From assembly GCF_028641065.1 (NCBI RefSeq), contig NC_073410.1, positions 496,001-559,883 of the forward strand: a DNA stretch of 63,883 nucleotides. The letters run 5' to 3'. Shown here one piece after another: positions 52,151-63,655 of the stretch. The notes beneath the pieces were generated by a model, which was not told the DNA's origin, did no database searches, and saw only the letters and a program-made list of their open reading frames with translations. Each line of letters opens with the position of its first letter. Within the stretch, counting starts at the first letter, position 1. The translations under genes were made by a program, and so were the position numbers. This DNA comes from Leucoraja erinacea. Taxonomy: Eukaryota.

Positions 52151-53967
52151 TGCATGTTGTGGATTGAGCAGTCACTAAACAGCAGCCCTCTTATCCAGAA
52201 CAAGGACATCAAGATGTGAATTTGGAAGAAGATGTCATATTGACACCAGCCAAATGGGATCATGTTGGCTCCAGTTGACATGCGATTGTCAGCTAATCAA
52301 TCACAACAGCTATATAAAACATACAATTTGAAATGCTGCTAATAAAATAACGCTATTGTTTGCATTTATGCAATTTCCATCAAAGACCTTTTATTTCCAA
52401 GCAAAATCCACTGAACTTTGGTTAGGATGCCGTTATGTATTTATGTTCTACAATACTGCTCTTTGGACATTAATTTTAGCTCAATCGGGATTAAAAAATA
52501 TTTAGTTTACTCAAGCCAATATTTCTGGAATAATTTCCAGGAAGGTTGTAGTGCACAAGCCGACCAGAATTTGGTAATTTACTGGTGTCATGCACAACAG
52601 AAACAAATATTTTACTCCCTTGTTGAATGGTGATAAAATAACTATTTATACTTCTGATTTTGCGGGCATAGTGGCATGGTGGAGTGGCAGGGCATTTTGT
52701 GACGGAACATTTGAAGTGTAACAACCCATGTCAATGAGCATGTTTTGTTATAATAATTAGTTCTACTGTTAAACATTCTTTTGTTTGTTAACATTACCTT
52801 TTGGACCCAACTGCACTTGGTGGCCATCCAGTAAAGTATAGATTAGTTTCTATTTCACTCTAAATATATCCTGGATAAGTGCGTTTGGGAAAGCTGAGAG
52901 ACTCGGAAACTATGATACCAATATTAAAAATTATTAAATTATGAAACAAACAATGATCTGTAGTAACGGTAACCTTAAAACAATATTCTCTGGGGAGAGT
53001 CAGCCGTGAGGTTCAGATTCAACCAGATTAAAACAAAAGTCACCCCATGAAAAGTACAGTGTTCATTATTTCCCTGTGTCCCTCAGTTTCTCACACCAGT
53101 GATTATTTATTTTTCTGCGTGCTGCCATTCATTGTACAAGTATAATTACAGATGATGGCTTTGTGATCAAAGTCGAGAGTGTTTAATTGTCAAACGTACC
53201 ACAACGGAACAATGAAATTCTTACTTGCAGCAACATAACAGGTTTAGAATCACTGTACTCAGTGGATAACATAATAAACAAACAAAAAAGTTAAATAAAG
53301 AAATAAAAACAATATTAGTCCTTTTCCACCATCAACGTTGGAATCATTTGTCCAGACAAATGCTTGAGGATTTTTACTTTGACCAACTTAATGGTCAGCC
53401 AACCAATATAATGCTCCTTTCTCCAACACTATGTGAGAACAGTAAAGCCTCATCTCCCAGCTAAACAAATCAGTTAGGGAAAGAAATAGTGAGCCCTTGC
53501 TTCACTCGCCAACCTATAATTGTGCAGTTCTGTCTCCTGTCAGATGTGAGTTTGGGTATAAGGAAGTGATTCAGCTGGGATACAATCTTGCTCCTTTTAA
53601 CCCAAACACGGGTTTCATGCTGCTGTTAAAAATGCAGCTGAAAGTAATGGATTGTTAGAATGATCACAAGATAATTGGAATTGGGCTTGGCAGCACACTG
53701 AAGCAAGACTTAGGCTGTTTAGAATTATCATCTGATCTTTACAGTCACGTCGAGACTGGGGATAAATTCACAGTCTACGATTGTGAGATAGTTAGAGACT
53801 TTACTCTTGTCCATAAGGCAGGAGCAACCAACATTACAAATACCCAACTATTTGTGCCCTGATGCACAAGGCACCAACCTTGTAAAAAACTGTCTGCAGT
53901 GGTTACTGGACAATTATCCTGTGTGTTGTCTATGACAATTATGCTACAAATATCATCCTAACCAAAA

Positions 53968-54152
53968 ATAGACAAAATGCTGGAGTAACTCGGCGGGACA
54001 GGCAGCATCTCTAGTGTGAAGGAATGGGTGACGTTTTGGGTCATGACCCTTCAGTCTGAAGATGGGTCTCGACCTGAAACGTCACCCATTTCATCTCTCC
54101 AGAGATGCCGCTTGTCCCGCTGAGTTACTCCAGCATTTTGTGTCTATCTTCG
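53968..54152. mobile_element. Fold-back (hairpin) Penelope-derived element
   Basis: Arms of about 85 bp are reverse complements around the centre ~54052. Confidence 0.75.
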
Positions 54153-55817
54153 GTTTCATCCTTCCTGTATATATCATCCTAACTGAGCTTGACACGAGGC
54201 TATAACAGTGAGGGTTGACATGCAATTGTGAAAAGTTAAATGAAGGAGAGACTTTAAAATTAAAATGCTGCACGTTTCCAATCTTCAGTTTCAATGCTAC
54301 GGCAATTTTATAAATATATCAGTAAAACAGGCATTCCTTTACTCAAAAATGCCCACTAATTTTACATGGATTATTAAGATTCTAGTACAGAAACTAATGT
54401 TTCCTTGGTTTTGACAATCATTTCTCATTGTTAGATTTCTCCCCATTCATCGTATTGATGTGTAACTGCTGGTACTGTACATTACTATTGTGAAGCAACT
54501 ATTCTTTATGTTGTAACCTGGATAATCAATGTTGTGGTTATTGCACCACAATCCTTTAATTAGAGGGTGCCGACGCTATGGAATTCATTGCCACAGAAGG
54601 CTGTGGAGGTCGTCAATAGATATTTTTAAGGTGTAGATTCGATAGGTTCATGTTTAGTATGAGTGTCAGGGGTTATGGGGTTGAGAGGGAAAGATAAATC
54701 AGCCATGATTAAATGGCAGAGTAGACTTGATGAGCTAAATGGCCTAATTCTGCTCCTATGACTTATGAACTTATGAATTCCACCCTATCATGGTCTTGTT
54801 CAACACAGATTCTTTGTTTCGTATATATCTTTGGATAGTAAACATGAGTGTGAGCAATGCCCAGTTTTTTTTCTCTCCGCAAATTTGGAGTTTAGATCAA
54901 TTATATTATTTTATTTTTGAGATCTGGGAATTGCTGGCAAGGCCACCATTTATTGTTGATCATTAATTGTCCTTGAGAAAGCGGTAGTGGGCTTCCTTAA
55001 ACTGGTGCACCATCTACAGAAGGTACTCTTGCATGCTGCTGGGAGGGAATTGCAAGATTTTCATGAAAGAATGGTGATGTCTTTGCAAGTCAGCTTGTTG
55101 TGTGGCTTGGAGGGAGCCTGCAGGTGGTGGTGATTACATGCATGTGTTGCCTTTCTCCCTCTTGGTAGTGGAAAGTGCAGGCTCAAGGTGTAGTCAGCAT
55201 GAGCCAACGTACCTGGGCGAGTTGTGTCACTAGGGTCAATGTTTAACTACACACTGGGTATTTTGTCTTTGAGATTTACTCAGCTGTCCATTGTATGATC
55301 ACTGGCTCCTGTTGCAGAGGGGCACTGTTAATATCTGGTCAATTGTTGACCATTTAACACAATGTAACACAATTGCTGGAGATGGTAAATTAATTTCAGC
55401 TGTAGATATTTGTAGAAATTTGCCAAATGTAGAAACTCCACGAGTGCTCAAAGCTAAGACTTTTAATTTTGCTTAATGTAAAATTGGAGTGTGGTGTCAT
55501 GGTCTGTATTGAGTTTATTGTCATGGGTAACGAGGTACAGTGAAAAGCGTTGATTGCGTGCTAATGGTCTACCCAATGGACTCATAATATTGAACCCTGA
55601 ACTCATGATCTGGAGACACTAATTCACATTCAGATATCATGATTTTGATTTCAGCACACAAAATAATCCGAAATAAAATCTAATAGTGTTCAGCAGCTGG
55701 TCTGGACTGGAGGTGGACTGGCAACCAGTGAAATATATTTAAATCAGGTGGATGGGACATGCAATGATGATATTTGTTCACAGTGATTTAAAATGCTCTT
55801 CCTGAAATATACAATAA

Positions 55818-56072
55818 CAATAGGTGCAGGAGCAGGCCATTCGGCCCTTCGAGCCAGCACCGCCATTCAATGTGATCATGGCTGATCATCCCCAATCAGT
55901 TCCCCGTTCCTGCCTTCTCCCCATATCCCCTGACTGCCATCTTCAAGGGCCCTATCTAGCTCTCTCTTGAAAGTATCCAGGGAACCGGCGTCCACTGCCC
56001 TCTGGGGCAGAGAATTCCACAGACTCACAACTCTCTGTGTGAAAAAGTGTTTCCTCATCTCCGTTCTAAATG
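55818..56072 (-). mobile_element. CR1 LINE 3' end
   Basis: [26 protein letters not shown]. Confidence 0.8.
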
Positions 56073-57239
56073 GTTTTCCCAAAGGATGGTTGAAGCAGAT
56101 TAAACAGCAACTCGCTGAGTGAGGAGCAGGAGAATGGGCTGACAGTGTACCTAGAAGATCAGGTTCCAGGTTCACTGAACCAGCCTCCCTTGCACTGTCA
56201 CCCAACAGTTGTTCTGATCAGCTGGTAAGGGAGATTTATCTCCACTAAAACTCTGCTTACTTGGCACATTTCTGGCAAACGTCTTGATAGATATTCTAAA
56301 TTGCTATGTGCATCAACACCACAGTCCCATTGGAACATGTTGATCTTCAAGAGAATGTGAGCAATGCCAAATGGAGCTCGTATATCCCAGTTAGGTAACA
56401 AAGGAGCTGTTGTATTCAAATTCTTCTGCTTTCCCACACCGCACTGTATCATTACACTTCTCAGTCATTCAGACCATATAATTTATTGACTCAATGTGCC
56501 CTTTGCCGCCATTTATTGTCCAGCCCTAACTGCTCTGAACTGACTGGTTTTCAGTGGAAATTAGGGATAGTTAATAAGCAGCCATTCTGCTGTCTCAGTG
56601 TTTAGTTTAAATTAGAGATACGGTGTGGCAACAGGCCCTTCGGCCCACCGAGTCTGTACCGACCAGCGATTCCTATCCAACACATGCTGGGCAGCAACTC
56701 TACCACTGTGCCACCCTGTGGGCAGCCTAGCAAGGGGGACACGTTTCCATAAACACACGTACAAAGCTCCACTGTTTCTGTGTTTTATTGACTCTATCAG
56801 GAATTAAATAATTTGCACTAAATTCAATCTGGTCTGGATAACTTTGAAAGAAGTTTTACCCACATGGCCCCATCCTTCCCCCTAGTTGACATTACTCTGT
56901 GGTGTGGGCTGGTCATCACATGCTCTGTGTGCAATGGATTTACTCTGAGAAGCTGCATTGTGGATGTCCTGGTTTTAACCCTACACTGCGGTGCCCATGA
57001 GAATCCTGTAGCCTTGGATAAACTAGGATTGTATTCTTTGGATTGTCGGATGTTCAGGGTAGATTAAATATAAGTATATAAAATTATGACAGACATAGAT
57101 AGTGTAGACTGTCAGAACCTTGTCTCTCGTGGTGGAAATGTCCATCACTAGAGGGCGTAGCTTTAAGGTGAGGGGGGAAGTTTAATAGATGTGCGGGGCA
57201 TGTTATTCATACAGAGGGTGGTGGGTGCCTAGAATGGCA

Positions 57240-57502
57240 GTGGTGGTGGATATGGTGGTGGATATGCATGTGGATATGGTGGTGGATATGCATGTGGATA
57301 TGGTGGTGGATATGCATGTGGATATGGTGGTGGATATGCATGTGGATATGATGGTGGATATGGTGGTGGATATGGTGGTGGATATGCATGTGGATATGAT
57401 GGTGGATGGTGGTGGATATGATGGTGGATATGGTGGTGGATATGCATGTGGATATGGTGGTGGATATGGTGGTGGATATGATGGTGGATATGCATGTGGA
57501 TA
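57240..57502. repeat. 12-bp-based minisatellite (gtggtggatatg / catgtggatatg) inside a CR1 tail
   Basis: Direct reading; flanks are CR1 3' sequence. Confidence 0.9.
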
Positions 57503-58390
57503 TTCGTGGAATGGAGGGGTAACAATCACATGCAGGCAGATCAGAGTTGACCTGGACATTGCGTTGATTCTGGTGTTTACTGAGTACTATGTCACATATG
57601 TGTTGTGCTGCTGCAGTGAGAATGCCAGTGTTCTGTTTCAGGACCTATCACAATAAAACACTCTTTTGACTCTTAATGTTTGGCTCAGACAGAGTGAGCC
57701 GAGAGGCCTGTTCCTGTGCTGTACTGTTCTATGTTCTACATTACTGAAATGGGTTTGGGTTACTGGGTCATGTTCTCTCACCTGTTGATGTTCCATGTAG
57801 GGAAGAGACGTATTGTGTTGTGGATGTACCATATGCAGAATGTGTACACAGCCTGGCCACGAAGCATAATCGTGTCACAATATTCAAGTCATTTCTTAAC
57901 CAATGAATTGCGCATTTTAGGTAACAATGCATCAAAAACAAAACAGCAAAGGTAGGAACGGGATCTGTTTCCCGTTGTGTACGTGATCGCTGTCGTTGGA
58001 GCACCAGGGCGGAGACGGTTCCAAGGGGCTGGTGTCAGAGACCAGAGGCAGCCGGGCCCGACATCACTGAAGATAGACAGAAAGTTGGAGTAACTCGGCG
58101 GGACAGGCCGCATTTTGAGAGAAGGGATGGGTGACGTTTCGAGTTGAGACCCTTCTTCAGACGGAGAGTCAGTAGAAACACGCCAACCCTCTGGCAAATG
58201 ACTCTGTGTCAACAATGGCGTTAGTTTTGATGGAGTAAATTGATCAATAATATTGTTATTGAATTATATATAATATGTAAAGTGCCTGAACACAAGAGGG
58301 ATCTTCTTCAAATAGAAACTTATAGTGAAACAACGTCATCCTCGGGTTGAAAGCTGCTGATTGTCCTTCCATAAACTCGGGTACTGTTCC

Positions 58391-58425
<35 letters not shown>

Positions 58426-58792
58426 CCCACTGCGGACACTGGACCTTCTCCCCGAGCCACGTCGCTGATACACGCAGTGTCTGGGCTGAGTCACAAAGGT
58501 CAAGAAAACTCGCACCGAATGTGGCGGGTGAATTGGTCACAACCCACCCAGGAAAAGCAACACGGAAGAAGTCTGGAGAAGGATCCCCCAGCGTGAGGTT
58601 ACCCCCACTGCCAGCAGCTCTAATACACGGGGCAGCGTGAGGGAGAGTGTGGAGAAGGACAGTGGCGGGGCAGAGGAAATCATTCTCTCTGATATTTAAT
58701 ACAAAAGGCAAAACGTCCTCTGTCCGTTCCCTCCATAGGTGCTGCCTGACCCGCTGAGTTTCTCCAGCACTTTGTGTGTTGAAATAAGCGAC

Positions 58793-58945
58793 AAGGTGGT
58801 TCAGCGGTAGAGTTGTTGACGGAGACCCGGGTTCGATCCCCACTACGGGCGCTGTCTGTATGAAGTTTGTTCTTTCTCCCCGTCACCTGCGTGGGTCCCC
58901 CCACACTCCAAAGACGTGTAGGTTTGCAGGTTAATTGACTTGGGG
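58793..58945 (+). mobile_element. tRNA-head SINE fragment
   Basis: ggtggttcagcggtagag...gggttcgatccc. Confidence 0.7.
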
Positions 58946-59272
58946 TTGTATATATGGTATAAGTGTAAGGAGGAACTGCAGATGCTGATTTAAACCGAAG
59001 ATAGACATAAAAACTGGAGTGACTCAGCGGGACAGGCAGCATCTCTGGAGAAGGGTCACCCATTCCTTCTCTTAATGCAAGCGCAGACAGGGCAAGGTGG
59101 GTCGTTGGGAGAATTGGGATCCTTTGGAAATCTGGACTCATTTACTTAAACAAAAACACTTTATTGGTTGTCACCCGCGAGTCGAGGCGACCGGCGGAGA
59201 CTGCCGGCAATGGCGGGGGGCGCCACTAGATGGGGGTGTTGGGCAGCACCATGTGGCGTCTGATGCCCACAG

Positions 59273-59645
59273 ACTGGAGTAACTCAGCGAGTCATGCAGC
59301 ATCTGTGGAGAGAAGGAATTGGTTACGTTTAGGGTCGAGACCCTTCTTCAGACTGGTTAGGGATAAGGGGGAACGAGAGATATAGACGATAATGTAGAGA
59401 GATAAAGAACAATAAATAAAATACGTGCAACAAGGTCACGACGATAAATGAAACAGGCCATTGTTAGCTGTTTGTTGGGTGAAAGCAAGAAGCTGGTGCG
59501 ACTTGGGTGGGGGTGGGATAGAGGGAGAGAGAATGCCAGGGCTACCTGAAGTGAGAGACGTCAGTATTCATACCACTGGGCTGTAAGCTGCCCCAGCGAA
59601 ATATGAGATGCTGTTCCTCCAACTTGCGTTTAGCCTCACTCTGCA
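59273..59645 (-). mobile_element. Degenerate Penelope-like 3' fragment
   Basis: Encodes [23 protein letters not shown] on the - strand; terminal repeat with hammerhead-like core at ~59324-59351. Confidence 0.75.
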
Positions 59646-60139
59646 ACCGAGGCAATAACTTCTGACGCGTTACCTGCATCTAAAATAACCCATTTAAAGC
59701 ATTAAACCCAAATGACCAGCTATATTTTCCACGGAGCAAAGGCCCTGATGTGCACTCGTATTTTTTCCCCAATAAAAAGATCAAACGGGCACCTGGATCT
59801 GTTGACGGTTCCTCTAAACTCAGAGTGCAAGAGAGGAGCAGAATTTCCCCCCAAGAATAGTCTCCAGTCTTTACAACAACTATCCTCTCACTTTTAAAAC
59901 CACTTCTGTATTCAAAATCATAAAAAATAAATAAATAAATCTGCAGATTAACGAGACGCAGTGGTTTTCAAAACGCAAAGTGCAAGAGGAACTCAACGCG
60001 TCGGCAGCATCTGTGGATGGGATGTACAGATGATGTTTAGGGTCGCGACCTTTCCTCAAACTGTCCGTTCCCCCGGCCCGTGGACTCCCCTATCACGGTG
60101 TTTTTCAGCAGCCTCTGTCTCTCCGAGCCTGACATTTTC

Positions 60140-60420
60140 GTTTAATTTAGAGTCACAGCGCGAAAACAGAGTCCATGCCGATCCCTGTACGTTAACACTG
60201 CCCTACACACACTAGATACAATGTTATATATTTTTACCGAAGCTAATTAACCTACACATTTACACGTCTTGGGATGTGTGGGAGGAAACCGGAGCACCCG
60301 GAGAAAACCCACGCAGGCACGGGGAGAAGGTACAAACTCCGTACAGACAGCACCCGTAGTCGGGATCGAACCCGGGTCTCTGGCGCTGTGAGGCAGCAAC
60401 TCTACCCACTGCGCCTCAGC
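60140..60420 (-). mobile_element. tRNA-head SINE (same family)
   Basis: GGCGCAGTGGGTAGAG...GGTTCGATCCC; body matches 5750-6025. Confidence 0.8.
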
Positions 60421-60916
60421 CAACATTGGTGATCGCGACGCGCAAACACTTAGCAAATAGATATGTCACGTTTTTTTAATTTCCCTTAATGCCACTAAAG
60501 TAATTTGAACCGTATTTAAGACCATGGCAGGCAAGGTAAACTTGTTAGAGGCCGCCGTGCGCGCTCATTGAACGCCAGACCTGCTCTCACCACATCTCCC
60601 CCAACATCAAGGAAGAGCTTCAAGAAAGTCCCAAACCTTTGAGAAGAGAAACATCCAACTCAAGTAAGCCGCGAAGTTGCGCGGTGTATCTCGGCAGCGG
60701 CCCCGATCGACATTCGTCCCATCCCAAGGGTGAAGCGCCGGCGTTGTGTTCACTCGCCGCCGGTCCCCGCCGCTCTCGGGACCCGCCGTTCGGCCGCTAA
60801 TCGCCTCCGTCTCCTGAAGCCGCACCCGCCTCTAACGCGTGCGGCAAATCATTGTTGTTTTTCCTGGGGAACTTTGCTATTCATTATTAAAATGGAGTTA
60901 GAAAAAGAAACGCAAG

Positions 60917-60922
60917 TTTATT
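60917..60922 (-). terminator. MSX3 polyadenylation signal
   Basis: AATAAA on the - strand at the end of an AT-rich 3' UTR block. Confidence 0.7.
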
Positions 60923-61574
60923 GAAGATCAATGTACAAAACGTAGAATCCTCCTGACTTCTGTACAAGAAACCTGTACACTATTTAAGAAAATGTAAACA
61001 ATTCTTAACATATTTAAATGCACTTAAAATATATATTTAATATTGGTAAACAATTGGCCCGCGGTCGGCCCGTCTGTCGCTCAATAGATTCTGTTGGAAA
61101 GCGGATGATTGGGAACCTCGGGAACCTCTCCGCCGTTCGGGCTTCACCCAGCCGCCGCTACCGGCCGCCCGGGGCCGGGCTAATCACTGTGCCGAGAGGG
61201 GACAAAGCTTCGTCTGTCCACTCCCTCCCCTGGAGTTCTCCGACACTTTGTGCCCGGTTCGGGGTCGCGGTCTGCGGCGCGGCGGCCGGTGAAGTCGCCC
61301 CCACATTCACGTTGGGGAACCGCTGGAGGTCCAAGGGAAAAATGTTGTCCGTGGAACAAGTGGAGCTGGAGACACGGCGGCGTCGGTCCGCGCGGCTCAC
61401 GGTGGACGGTTCTAGTGCGTGTTTTTGTGCTGAATTGAGCTTTTTTGAGGTGACTGTCTCGGCGAGAGGCGAGGGTCCGCTCTAGACCTATTGTCGACAG
61501 GCGAGGCGAGGCGAGGTGGACAGGCCGTGTCTCCGCTCTCCACGGGCGGGCGGGCAGGCCGGTGTCCAAGGGCT

Positions 61575-61990
61575 CTAAGATAAATAATACATGCCGTACG
61601 TGACGGGGGCAGTGAAGAGTCCGGGGATTGGCAGCGCCGGCCGCTGGAAGTGGGTGGTCGGTCCGTAGAGCGAGGGGCCGGTGAGATGAGGCCCCAGGTG
61701 AAAGGGGAGGCCGAAGGAAGGCAGGAGCGGCTTGGCGGACAGTTTGAGTTTCTCCAGCTCGGCCTCTTGAAGCCGCTTGGCCTTGGCCCGCCGGTTCTGG
61801 AACCAAATCTTCACCTGAGTCTCGGTGAGGTTGAGCGAGCTGGAGAACTCTGCTCTCTCGGCGATCGACAGGTATTGTTTGTGGCGGAACTTGCGCTCCA
61901 ACGACAACAGCTGCGACGTGGTGAAGGGTGTCCTCGGCTTCCTGTTGTTCTTGTGTTTGCGCAACGCGCATGGGGCCGGACTGGCCGCTC
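61575..61990 (-). CDS. MSX3: MSX3 exon 2 (homeodomain)
   Basis: Complete Msx homeodomain; ttgcag acceptor. Confidence 0.95.
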
Positions 61991-63453
61991 CTGCAACCAC
62001 ACACAGTCATACAGTTAGTTACAAATGCTGCAGTAACTCAGCGGCAACTCAGGGGAGAAGGAATGGGCGACGTTTCAGGTCGAGACCCTTCTACAGACTG
62101 AGTGATAAAACCCCTCTCTCGGCGTGCGGCTGTCAGCACCCGGAGGAAACCCACGCGGTCACAGGGAGAACGTGCAAACTCCACACAGACAGCGCCGGAG
62201 GTCAGGATCGAACCCGGTTCTCAGGTGGTGAGAGGCTGCTGCCCCACCGCTGAGCCTTTCTTTGACTAAACAGGGTTCAGGGATGTGACGACCTGCCGGA
62301 TTCTGGGGTGAATCAGTCTCGCCATGGGAGAGTTGTCCGCGCGGAGAGACTCGGTGGGTCGGGAAGGAAAGTACAGACGGTTCAGGTCAGGACTTCAGAC
62401 CATGTTCCCTCCACAGATGCCGCCTGACCCACAACATCTGCAGTTCCGATATCTCCGGGTTTAAACTTTCGCAGTAATGTTTGGCGGCCGCTGGATGATC
62501 AGGTCTGTGGGCGGTGGCGACTTTAACCAGTTATATCTCCCCCCCCCAGAAATGTTGTCCACCCCGGGTGACTAAACCAACGGATAAAAAGCAAAGCATT
62601 CCGTTGGAGTTCGCGGTCTCTCGCTGGGAGTTTCTCGTGTCTGCGCAGGTAAGTGTTGAACTTTCCCACGAAAGTTCCACATCTCGGCCCGTGCAGCGGG
62701 TTGTACATCTGTGGCGGCGCCGCCAGGTAATGTCGCCGACTGGTGCCGGTAGGGGATAGGGTGGGGGCTCGGGGATAGGGTGGGGGCTCGGGGATAGGGT
62801 GGGGGCTCTCAAGCGGGTTGTCTCCCCTTAGGCAGCTGCCCCCCCCCACTGACTTCACACCCGGTCACACCCACCGGGCCGGAGAGCAGAACGAGCTTCC
62901 GAGCGGAAACACAACACGCGCCGTCTCCCCCCCCCCCCCCCCCCAACTTATCTCTCCCCCACAACTTATCTCTCCCCCTCCCCCCCCCCCCCCCCCCCCT
63001 CTCTCTCCCCCCCCCCCACCAACCCCCTCTCCCCCCCCCCCACCCCCAACCCCGCTCCCAGGAGCCGGTCGCCGCCGCCCGCAGACAACACTTACTCGGC
63101 GAGGGCGAGTAGGCAACGTCCGAGGCCCAGGCCCGCTCTTCCTTGTCGGTGGGACTGTCCGCTCGGCGCGGTGCCGGGTCATCGGCTCCGGGCTCCGAGT
63201 GCCGTTTGTTCGGGTGTTCAGTCCGGGAGCAGGGTTGTTCCGTGGTGAGGGTGGGCTGCGCGGGGGGGTCAGCTGTCCGGCTGGGCTTGCGATCAGAGAT
63301 CAACGACTCGACGCTGAACGGGAGGCTGGCTGCCCGCAACCCCTTGCTGTCCGCCGGCCCGTTCCCTGGCGCTTCCCAGCCCGTCTCCCTTTCCTTGGTG
63401 TCCCGGGGCAGGGAGCCCGGCAGAGTATTCATCATCCGAGAACAAGGGGCCAT
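61575..63453 (-). CDS. MSX3: Msx-family homeobox protein, MSX3 by synteny; 2 exons, 257 aa
   Basis: Exon 1 (63096-63453) has the eh1 motif [11 protein letters not shown]. Exon 2 (61575-61990) has [28 protein letters not shown]...[23 protein letters not shown] and the C-terminus YGMYYLS. The gene lies tail-to-tail with ZNF511, as mouse Msx3 is adjacent to Zfp511. Confidence 0.9.
62120..62255 (-). mobile_element. tRNA-head SINE fragment in MSX3 intron
   Basis: B box GGTTCGATCCT on the - strand plus SINE body. Confidence 0.65.
62750..62808. repeat. 19-bp G-rich tandem repeat x3 in MSX3 intron
   Basis: ggggatagggtgggggctc. Confidence 0.9.
63096..63453 (-). CDS. MSX3: MSX3 exon 1
   Basis: [11 protein letters not shown]...[11 protein letters not shown]...W...YSPSP, phase-1 GTAAG donor. 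Confidence 0.88.
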
Positions 63454-63559
63454 GCACCCGGGAACCGCGCCGCGCCGCCGCCACTTAGTCCGTACCCCGG
63501 GACATGGCTCATCCAAAACGCCACCGTCGCCGCCCAACTTTCCCAACTCGCAGCCCAGC

Positions 63560-63655
63560 CGCTAGCTTTAAACCTCTCGCCCCCTTCCTGTCACCACGAC
63601 CGCTCCAATCAGCTGGCCCGCTCGGCTTGTGACGACCAAGGCACCGCCCCGATCG
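63560..63655 (-). promoter_or_regulatory. MSX3 proximal promoter (TTTAAA TATA-like box ~63567-63572, CCAAT ~63605-63609, GC box ~63644)
   Basis: Motif spacing typical of a core promoter, 110-200 bp upstream of the ATG in a CpG island. Confidence 0.55.

Noticed and set aside
57189-57656. Gly-Tyr-rich keratin-associated-like protein
   Set aside because: Minisatellite inside a LINE remnant, with no splice or promoter support
61018-62253. Alternative-frame and antisense ORFs over MSX3 exon 2 and UTR
   Set aside because: Expected shadows of GC-rich homeobox coding sequence, with no independent motifs
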